A stretch of DNA of 12,920 bases, taken from the NCBI GenBank assembly GCA_964654465.1, contig CAZZIO010000005.1, forward strand, positions 1 through 12,920, read 5' to 3'. The DNA comes from an uncultured Dictyoglomota bacterium (GTDB lineage: Bacteria; Dictyoglomota; Dictyoglomia; Dictyoglomales; Dictyoglomaceae). Under the pieces are notes generated by a model that saw only the letters and a program-made list of their open reading frames with translations, searched no databases and had not been told where the DNA came from. Within the stretch, counting starts at the first letter, position 1. Each line of letters opens with the position of its first letter. This document shows, piece after piece, positions 1-6,825 of the stretch. The position numbers and the translations under genes were made by a program.

Positions 1-565
1 TTTCCCATAGTTTATATTCTGCTGATTTGGTTCTTACTTCAATGATTAAATCCTTCTTATTCTCAGCGTAATTTAAAAACATGCTAAAGAAAGGAATGAT
101 ATTTTCGAGGGCTAAAAGGTCTGTATTATAGGATATGGAAAGATAAATAGGATGATCTTTTAAAATTTTGTCTATTTCTTTAAAGTAATCCTCTATGTTT
201 ACAAATACCACTATATGGGCTGAAGGATACATCCCTTTTAAAAAACAATAATCACAGCTAAAGATACAGTTAAGGATTAATGTAGTATAGTAAAAATAAT
301 ATTGTCCGAAATTGGGACATAAAGGGGGGCCTGGATATATAAATTCCTTTCTTTTCTTTGCCAATATTAGTTTTCTGCTTAGCTCTTGAATTTTGTAATT
401 TTGGTTTGATCTTGAAAATACCTCTTTATAGTTATCAATCTCTATAATTATTGATTTAGGAAATCTATTTAGGATTTTTTCTGTTATAGAATGAAATAGA
501 ACCTCTTTTTCTACATATATATGGGAAAAGGGTCTAAGGGTAGAGAAGTTTTTTAATTCTTTCAA
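1..565 (-). CDS. Spore photoproduct lyase (SPL)-family radical SAM protein, 3' end outside the window
   Basis: Not in the ORF track. Manual translation from a TTG at 565 (GAGG about 10 nt upstream) is open to the window edge: MKELKNFSTLRPFSHIYVEKEV...LILAKKRKEFIYPGPPLCPNFG..YFYYTTLILNCIFSCDYCFLKGMYPSAHIVVFVNIEDY...YLSISYNTDLLALE...IEVRTKSA. CxxxCxxC lies at 245-268. 'CFLxGM', 'VxVN', 'TD' and 'RTKS' resemble the SplB-like family. The start codon is inferred. Confidence 0.88.
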   Translation of the reverse strand, partial: MKELKNFSTLRPFSHIYVEKEVLFHSITEKILNRFPKSIIIEIDNYKEVFSRSNQNYKIQELSRKLILAKKRKEFIYPGPPLCPNFGQYYFYYTTLILNCIFSCDYCFLKGMYPSAHIVVFVNIEDYFKEIDKILKDHPIYLSISYNTDLLALENIIPFFSMFLNYAENKKDLIIEVRTKSAEYKLWE

Positions 566-1364
566 AGTATTCTTTCCTCTCCTTTTTTGAAGTAACTTTT
601 ATATTAAGGAAATCAAAGATTTCTTTGGGAATACTACCTTTTCTTATTATATAGCCCTTTAAATATTTCTCCAATTCATGGGTCATTGAGAAGGTAAGAT
701 TTAGGCTGTCTTTTAGCTTTTCTACAATATTCTTTATATTCTCCTCTTCAAATGGTAATTTCTCACATTCGTTTAATTCCGATAAAGAGTAAATAAACCT
801 TTCTATCTTAGGGATATGATTATAAATAAGATTAGAAATTTCTCCCTTTTCAATTTTTTCGTAATCTAAGAAGTCGTAGACAATCTTTATACAATGGGTA
901 TTATGGGGAGGCAAAAAAAAGGATGCTGACTCAAAAAATCCAGCACCTTCCATATCTACAATGTCCCCTTCTATTTTCTCTTCCATATCTTTTTTTACAG
1001 GTGTCATAAAGCTTTCAAGAATGCCTTCCTTCATGTCGTGATTTACAATAATATCTGGATAAAAGGCTCTTTTTGAGTAATGATTTATGATTTTATGGCA
1101 TAAAATAATATCACCTTTTTGAAATTTTCTATTTTGGGCTCCACATATTCCTAAATTTATGGCTATGTCCTTTTCTTGGGCAGAAAATTTTGTCAATAAA
1201 TAGGTAGTGCCTATAGAAGATTTTATCATTCCTTCCCTCGTTAAAATAAGAAAGACCTGATTATTGGAAAATGTTTCAAATTTTGATGATGGAATTTTTT
1301 TTAGTTTAAAATGTTCTATTAATGGTTTTGCTTCAGGATGAAAGGCTATAACAAAAAATATCAT
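534..1364 (-). CDS. Nucleoside phosphorylase / MTA-SAH nucleosidase superfamily protein (PNP_UDP_1 fold) with a C-terminal extension
   Basis: Motifs IAFHPEA, INLGICGA, GDIIL, VDMEGAGF and KIVYD match the MTAN/PNP fold. The ORF track starts at 1379. The second ATG at 1364 is preferred because it has AAGG 7 nt upstream, whereas the ATG at 1379 directly abuts a hairpin. Confidence 0.8.
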   Translation of the reverse strand: MIFFVIAFHPEAKPLIEHFKLKKIPSSKFETFSNNQVFLILTREGMIKSSIGTTYLLTKFSAQEKDIAINLGICGAQNRKFQKGDIILCHKIINHYSKRAFYPDIIVNHDMKEGILESFMTPVKKDMEEKIEGDIVDMEGAGFFESASFFLPPHNTHCIKIVYDFLDYEKIEKGEISNLIYNHIPKIERFIYSLSELNECEKLPFEEENIKNIVEKLKDSLNLTFSMTHELEKYLKGYIIRKGSIPKEIFDFLNIKVTSKKERKEYFERIKKLLYP

Positions 1365-1379
1365 AATTTGGCCTTTCAT

Positions 1380-1408
1380 GGAGGGAGAAGATTATTTCTT
1401 CCCCCTCC
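1380..1408 (-). terminator. GC-rich stem-loop after the beta-galactosidase stop (terminator-like, no U-tract on the coding strand)
   Basis: Minus strand reads GGAGGGGGAAGA-AATAA-TCTTCTCCCTCC: a 12-bp stem with one G:U pair and a 5-nt loop, 10 nt after the stop at 1419. Confidence 0.65.
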
Positions 1409-1418
1409 CTATATATTT

Positions 1419-3470
1419 TTATTCCTCAAGGATTAGTACTTCTCTTGGAGGTATCTCTATCTCTCCTTCGTATATTTTTCCAGATATAAGGTCCTTTTTT
1501 CTATTTCCAATATTTATTCTTTTTGCTTCTTCTGTATGATTTAATACAAAGGTAAATACTTTGTTATTTTTTACCCTTTGAGTAATTTCAACTCCATAAG
1601 GTACATCTTTGAATAGTGGTTCTATATGGTGGGCTTTAGATATATATTTTATTAGGTCCTTTAAAAATTCATGGGAGGCAAAGGATCCCACATAGTAAGC
1701 ATATCCATCTCCATACTTATTTACAGTAATCACTGGTTGGCCTTTATAATAGTCCTTTGTATATACACCTATAGCCTTTGCTGTGTCCTTTTCAAAATGG
1801 ATTACATCAAATACTAAGTTGCATTCATAGGCTTCTTTTGAAAATTCCTTTTTAAATTCATCTGTTATTTGAATCTCATTTTTCATTTCAGGTGGTAAGG
1901 CATCAAATTCTTCTACCCATATTCCAAGAAGATCTCTTAATGGGGCGGGATATCCTCCCAGATATACCAGATCATTTTCATCTACTAATCCACTTAATGT
2001 GGTTGTTATGAAAATTCCACCTTTCTTAACATATTCTTTTATTTTCTCTGCCGTCTCTTTCCTAATCATGTAAAGGAGAGGTGCTACTACTACCTTATAC
2101 TTTTCCAGATTGTCTTCTATTCCTATTACATCTACACCCATAAGATTTTCAAAGAGAGCTCTGAAGTAACTTTCTACACCTCCTACATAGTTTATTGCTG
2201 TACTTGGACCTTGAGAGTTTTCAAGAGCCCACCAATTTTCCCAATCAAAAATAACTGCTGTCTGAGATTTTACTTTGCCACCTAAAAGGATATCTCCTAA
2301 ATTCTTTAATTCTTCTCCCAACTGTTTAACTTCTTGGAAGACCCTTGTGTTTTCATGTCCTGCATGGGAGATAACAGCTCCATGGAATTTTTCAGGTCCT
2401 CCTCTTGATTGTCTTAATTGGAAAAACATAACTGTATCTGCACCTTGGGCGACTGCTTGGTAGCTTTGAAGTCTCATTACCTTTGGCCTTTTTATATAAC
2501 AGTAAGGTTGCCAATTAGTTTGACTGGGAGTTTGTTCCATAAGCATGAAGGGTTCTCCTTGTTTTAGACCTCTCATTAGAGAGTGTCTAAAAGCAATACT
2601 AATATAATCATCGGTTAGGTAAGGATAACTGTCCCATGAAACTACATCCATATGCTTTGCCCATTCAAAATAGTTGAGGGGTTTAAAAGTACCCATAAGA
2701 TTTGTGGTTATAGGTATATTAGGATTGTACTTTTTTATTATATTGTATTCATTTAGATAGCATTCCAAGATACTTTCAGACATAAATCTATAATAATCAA
2801 GTACCATGCCTTGAGCTACAGTTGAAAGCTTTCCTGTCCACCAGTGTTGAAACATTACGCTCCTTAATGTGGGAGCTGTTATCTCATTCCAATCATAAAT
2901 TGTTTGACTCCAAAAAGTAGTATACCATCTCTTGTTTAACTCTTCTAATGTACCATATTTTCTTTTTAGCCAATCTCTAAATCTTTTTGCACAATTATCA
3001 CAATAACAATAAGTCCCATATTCATTAGCTATATGCCATACTAAAACGGCAGGATGATTGGCATACCTTTCTGCTAATTTTTCTACCAATTTTCCTGAAA
3101 AATATCTATATATTTTGCTGTTGGGACAAAAATTTACTCTTCCTCCATGTACCCTCTTATCTCCATTTATATCTACAGGAAGAATCTCTGGATACTTTAC
3201 AGACATCCAGTGAGGCTGAGAGGCAGTGGATGTGGCAAGACAGATGTAGATTCCGTTTTTCCAGAGATTATCGATGATCTCATCCAGCATTGAGAAATCA
3301 TAGGTATCTTCTGAGGGTTGTAAAAGAGCCCAAGAAAAGACGTTCACTGTAGCAATATTGATGTGGGCTAATTTAAAAAGTCTTACATCTTCTTTCCAAA
3401 CTTCTTTGTCCCATTGTTCAGGATTATAATCTCCCCCATACCATATGTAGGGCAACTTAGGATTTATCAT
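1419..3470 (-). CDS. Beta-galactosidase, glycoside hydrolase family 42
   Basis: 683 aa. GGDYNPEQW, FSWALLQP, WHIANEY (acid/base Glu), CYCDNC metal-binding cysteines, SWDSYP, LMEQ (nucleophile Glu), GADTVMFFQLR, EKFHG. No signal peptide. Confidence 0.96.
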   Translation of the reverse strand: MINPKLPYIWYGGDYNPEQWDKEVWKEDVRLFKLAHINIATVNVFSWALLQPSEDTYDFSMLDEIIDNLWKNGIYICLATSTASQPHWMSVKYPEILPVDINGDKRVHGGRVNFCPNSKIYRYFSGKLVEKLAERYANHPAVLVWHIANEYGTYCYCDNCAKRFRDWLKRKYGTLEELNKRWYTTFWSQTIYDWNEITAPTLRSVMFQHWWTGKLSTVAQGMVLDYYRFMSESILECYLNEYNIIKKYNPNIPITTNLMGTFKPLNYFEWAKHMDVVSWDSYPYLTDDYISIAFRHSLMRGLKQGEPFMLMEQTPSQTNWQPYCYIKRPKVMRLQSYQAVAQGADTVMFFQLRQSRGGPEKFHGAVISHAGHENTRVFQEVKQLGEELKNLGDILLGGKVKSQTAVIFDWENWWALENSQGPSTAINYVGGVESYFRALFENLMGVDVIGIEDNLEKYKVVVAPLLYMIRKETAEKIKEYVKKGGIFITTTLSGLVDENDLVYLGGYPAPLRDLLGIWVEEFDALPPEMKNEIQITDEFKKEFSKEAYECNLVFDVIHFEKDTAKAIGVYTKDYYKGQPVITVNKYGDGYAYYVGSFASHEFLKDLIKYISKAHHIEPLFKDVPYGVEITQRVKNNKVFTFVLNHTEEAKRINIGNRKKDLISGKIYEGEIEIPPREVLILEE

Positions 3471-3479
3471 AAAAGACGA

Positions 3480-3484
3480 CCTCC
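3480..3484 (-). promoter_or_regulatory. Shine-Dalgarno site of the GH42 gene
   Basis: GGAGG 9 nt upstream of the ATG at 3470. Confidence 0.8.
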
Positions 3485-3523
3485 CACACTATTATTTTAT
3501 TAACTCTTTTATTCAATAATAAT

Positions 3524-4324
3524 CTAATCTTGGTGGTAAAGTAAAGATCTATTATTTTTAAAATAAAACTGAAAACTTAATTTTTTTTCTCGATATTGGT
3601 TGGTTATTGTGAGATAATAGTAATCGTTATCTTCGCTTGAGGTTATACCTGGAGGTAGTTCTTTTATTATGTAATTTTTAGGAATAGCAAGGGTTATGCC
3701 TTCTAAACCCTCATTATTTGATAAGGTTATTTTATTTTCTGAGAAGTTGATGTTGTATTTTGGGGGTTATTGATACTAAGGAATTAGGCCTAAAGTTGTA
3801 CCCATGATTATCGGTAAAGTAAGCCGGGTTCCAATTTGGGTGTTCATATAAGATTCAGAGAAAGTTTTAATATCATATGGAAATCTTGAAGGAAAAAGAA
3901 TAAAAAATATGGAAGAGATTGAAATTAAGAGGAATATAAATATGATCCAAAGTTGAATAGGTTTAGCTTTAATAAATTTTGAAATCATAATGCCAAAAAT
4001 AGATAGAAATAATGTAAAAAGGGGAAAATTAAGGGAGGATATTTTTCCTTCCATATCTAAGACACTATATATTTTTAGAGATATTATTTTCACTTTTTAC
4101 TATATTTATGTCCTGAATATGGGAAGGAATTTCTTGGTAGATTTACACATAAAAAGGGTTACTTGTGGATAGAAGGATAAGAGGAATATTTCAAAAGGTA
4201 AAACTATAAGTATCAAACCAAAGACAATGCTATTTATTGAGTAACTGAATTTTCTATAGGATCTATGATATTGAATAAAACTATCTCTTTTAATATATAG
4301 TTTATGTCTTGGGAACTTAACGTT
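3524..4324 (-). pseudogene. Decayed coding region: broken integral membrane protein gene plus a start-less soluble C-terminal fragment
   Basis: Three open stretches share one minus frame: 4324-4106 (72 aa, ...QYHRSYRKFSYSINSIVFGLILIVLPFEIFLLSFYPQVTLFMC...), 4093-3776 (the 105-aa ORF, hydrophobic, FILFPSRFPYDIKTFSE) and 3766-3524 (80 aa, PPKYNINFSENKITLSNNEGLEGITLAIPKNYIIKELPPG...). They are separated by short stop clusters, and none has a convincing start plus RBS. Confidence 0.65.
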
Positions 4325-4328
4325 TTAG

Positions 4329-4355
4329 ATTATAATAATTTCTAAATTTTTGCAA
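4329..4355 (-). promoter_or_regulatory. Possible sigma70-type promoter upstream of the decayed region
   Basis: TTGCAA (4355-4350) and a perfect TATAAT (4334-4329), but the spacer is only 15 nt (17 nt to an alternative TAATCT). The AT-rich background weakens the call. Confidence 0.25.
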
Positions 4356-4405
4356 GAAATATACTTGAAAATAGAAAAAAAATTAGGTTACACTCTATAT
4401 TTAAA

Positions 4406-4804
4406 TTATCTGAACAAGTTTTTTTGAGAACATAAAGGAAACCAAGAGCAATTTTTACAAAAATTTTCAAAATTTGATCTTGTTAGTGTTTTAAAAATCA
4501 ATCTTTTTATGTCGAGAAAATTGTATTTTTCCCTTATGGTCAAGTTTAGATAATTTATAATTTCCTTATCTTTTGTTTCTATCTCCTTAGGATAGCTTTC
4601 TCTTAAACACTTATCATTTTTTAAATATGGGCATTTATCACAAATACTATCCCTTTCCGCAACTAATATAAATAAAGAGTTTTCCTCTAATTTTTCTTTT
4701 ATTTTCTTCATATTTTCAATAAATTCCTCAGAATATCCTTTACCTTCAAAATGTAATAAACAGATTAGATGATGTCCTCTTATTTTTATATCTTTATCCT
4801 CCAT
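4406..4804 (-). CDS. DUF1284 family protein (Cys/His-rich, putative metal or Fe-S binding)
   Basis: 132 aa. RGHHLIC..F.GKGYS..F..NM, DxICxxCP and C-terminal CxxCxWxxxC are typical of DUF1284. AAGGA RBS upstream. Confidence 0.88.
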   Translation of the reverse strand: MEDKDIKIRGHHLICLLHFEGKGYSEEFIENMKKIKEKLEENSLFILVAERDSICDKCPYLKNDKCLRESYPKEIETKDKEIINYLNLTIREKYNFLDIKRLIFKTLTRSNFENFCKNCSWFPLCSQKNLFR

Positions 4805-4829
4805 ATTTTTTTCCTTAGGTATATCTAAA

Positions 4830-6770
4830 TTAGGTTTTGTAAATTTTTACCTCTTTTATTCCAAAAACAGCATTTGTAATAAATAATTTTTCTGCTTTAA
4901 AAACTTCTTCTACATTTATCTTTTTCTCTTTAATTTTTTCTTTATTCTGTTCTATCAAAAACCTTTTAAATATACCATTTAGTAATCCTGAGGATTTTGG
5001 AGGTGTATAGTAATGATTTCCTATTTTAATGAAGATATTTGCACGTGATGTTTCTGTAACTTCACCATTCTTGTTAACAAATAATACATCAAAAAATTTT
5101 TCTGAGTGTTTTTTATATTCTCTATTATAAAGCCTACGGTTAGTGGTTTTATGATACAAGAAAATATTGTTTTTATCTACCAGGTATTTGGAGAGGACAA
5201 TCTTTTCCATATTTTTTAAACAAAAGTTTTTTATATCATATACAATTTTTTGTATTTCTATATCACCGTTTTTTGAAAGTAACAGTCTTATTCTGTATGC
5301 TTGTTCTGTTAGATTTTTTCTTAACCTGTATAACTTATCTAAAATTTGGTCTTCATCAAATTGGAAATCAAAATATAAAGCTGAATTCTTAAGTCTTTCT
5401 AAATGATATGTTAAGAGAAAATATCCTTGTTCAAAATTCTCTTTTGTGATATTTAGATTTAAGTCATAAAAATTTTTAATCTCATTATTAAAGTTAGCAC
5501 AATACAAAATTGTTTCAATTAATCTAAACTTTGGAAGTTTTGTTACTAAAAACTTATACTTAAGCTTGCATTCAGCATATTCTTTTTGAGGGTCAGAATC
5601 TGCAACTATTCCACTTCCTATCCCTAACTCACCTTTTCCATTTTTGTCTATCAACAAAGTTCTTATTGCCACATTGAATACTGCATCGTAATTTGGTTTT
5701 ATAAATCCCACAGAACCCGTATAAACATACCTTGGTTCTGTTTCCAGTTCTTTTATTATTTGCATACTTCTAATTTTAGGTGCACCAGTTACAGAACCAG
5801 AAGGAAATAAGGAATGAAACAGTGTGTATAGATCGATATTTGGTTTTATTCTTGCTTCTATTGTAGAAGTCATCTGAAATAAGGTTTTATATTTTTCTAT
5901 TTCAAGAAGTTTTTTTGCTTTTACTTCACCCAATAAAGAAATCTTTCCCAAGTCATTTCTTAAAAGGTCAACTATCATTATGTTTTCTGCACGGTTTTTG
6001 ATACTTTTTTGTAATTTATAGGCTTGAATTTTATCTTCATAGATATCTTTACCTCGAGAAATTGTTCCTTTCATGGGTTTAACAATAACAATATCCCTAG
6101 TTTTTCTAAAAAATAGTTCTGGTGAGAAGGATATTATAGAAAAATTATTTGTTTTAATAAAAGCACAATAGGAGACACTTTGGGTTTGTTTTAGTTTATT
6201 GTATAATCCCAGAATTGAACCTGTAAGGTCAAACTTTAACTTTATTGTGTAGTTAATCTGATAAGTATCACCGGAAAAGATATAGTCCTTTATTTTCTTT
6301 ATGTTTTCCACGTATTCTTTCTTGGAAATATTAAGACGTAGATTAGTTAATTTAAACCTTGGGTTTTTCTTATCAAGTTTTATAGGGGAAAAGTTATTTA
6401 TTAAATCAACTCCTTCTTCAAAAACTCCGGTTTTATGATTATAGATTATTGGTCTTTCATAGACATAAAAAAAGGCTAATGGAAATTCAAGATTATATTC
6501 TACATTGTCCTTATAATCTAAAAAATATCCAAGTTCATAGGATAAAAATCCTGCAAGATAAAAGCCTTCTTGAAGTTTTTTCTCTAATTTTTCAAAAAAT
6601 TCTCTTATATTTTGTGTTTCTTTAAGTATTAACTTTTCTTTTGGGAAGAAGAAAATATAGGAAAGAAAATTATCTTCATCAATTTTCAGTGTTTCATATA
6701 TAGCAAACTCTTTTTGTGTTAGAATAACTTTTTTTACAACATCTTCGAAACTGTACATTATATACCCCAT
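4830..6770 (-). CDS. pabB: Fused aminodeoxychorismate synthase component I / 4-amino-4-deoxychorismate lyase (PabB-PabC)
   Basis: Chorismate-binding domain: GDTYQINYT, SPELFF, PMKGT (Lys typical of ADC synthase), KNRAENIMIVDLLRNDLG, FPSGSVTGAPK, NVAIRT, GSGIVADS. C-terminal class IV aminotransferase-like domain: HLERL, YHKTTNR (PLP Lys), ETSRANIF, YTPP..SGLLNG. Alternative start at 6758. Confidence 0.92.
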   Translation of the reverse strand: MGYIMYSFEDVVKKVILTQKEFAIYETLKIDEDNFLSYIFFFPKEKLILKETQNIREFFEKLEKKLQEGFYLAGFLSYELGYFLDYKDNVEYNLEFPLAFFYVYERPIIYNHKTGVFEEGVDLINNFSPIKLDKKNPRFKLTNLRLNISKKEYVENIKKIKDYIFSGDTYQINYTIKLKFDLTGSILGLYNKLKQTQSVSYCAFIKTNNFSIISFSPELFFRKTRDIVIVKPMKGTISRGKDIYEDKIQAYKLQKSIKNRAENIMIVDLLRNDLGKISLLGEVKAKKLLEIEKYKTLFQMTSTIEARIKPNIDLYTLFHSLFPSGSVTGAPKIRSMQIIKELETEPRYVYTGSVGFIKPNYDAVFNVAIRTLLIDKNGKGELGIGSGIVADSDPQKEYAECKLKYKFLVTKLPKFRLIETILYCANFNNEIKNFYDLNLNITKENFEQGYFLLTYHLERLKNSALYFDFQFDEDQILDKLYRLRKNLTEQAYRIRLLLSKNGDIEIQKIVYDIKNFCLKNMEKIVLSKYLVDKNNIFLYHKTTNRRLYNREYKKHSEKFFDVLFVNKNGEVTETSRANIFIKIGNHYYTPPKSSGLLNGIFKRFLIEQNKEKIKEKKINVEEVFKAEKLFITNAVFGIKEVKIYKT

Positions 6771-6825
6771 AGAGATCTTTATATTCTTTATGGATCTTCT
6801 CTCTCAACTTTAGAGTTTGAAATTT

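Noticed and set aside
2275-2463. 62-aa plus-strand ORF
   Set aside because: Antisense shadow inside the GH42 gene, with no recognisable motif.
3990-4172. 60-aa plus-strand ORF
   Set aside because: No RBS or motif, and it lies opposite the more protein-like minus-strand relic.
3524-4324. Stop-codon read-through or recoding as an explanation of the single-frame fragments
   Set aside because: The stops are mixed TAA/TAG clusters and neighbouring genes end normally at TAA/TAG, so decay is the simpler explanation.
4365-4394. Plus-strand TTGAAA-N18-TACACT promoter-like match
   Set aside because: It points antisense into DUF1284 with no gene to drive, and such matches are common in AT-rich DNA.
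5167-5406. 79-aa plus-strand ORF
   Set aside because: Antisense to pabBC. The Phe/Ser/Leu richness simply mirrors Lys/Glu codons on the coding strand.
4830-6770. Several CGT Arg codons in pabBC as a sign of horizontal transfer
   Set aside because: CGN codons also occur in the glycosylation genes, so this cannot be supported without a codon usage computation.
6771-6825. Possible terminator or promoter between ugd and pabBC
   Set aside because: Only short imperfect inverted repeats and a poorly spaced TTGAGA...TATAAA match, which is not convincing.
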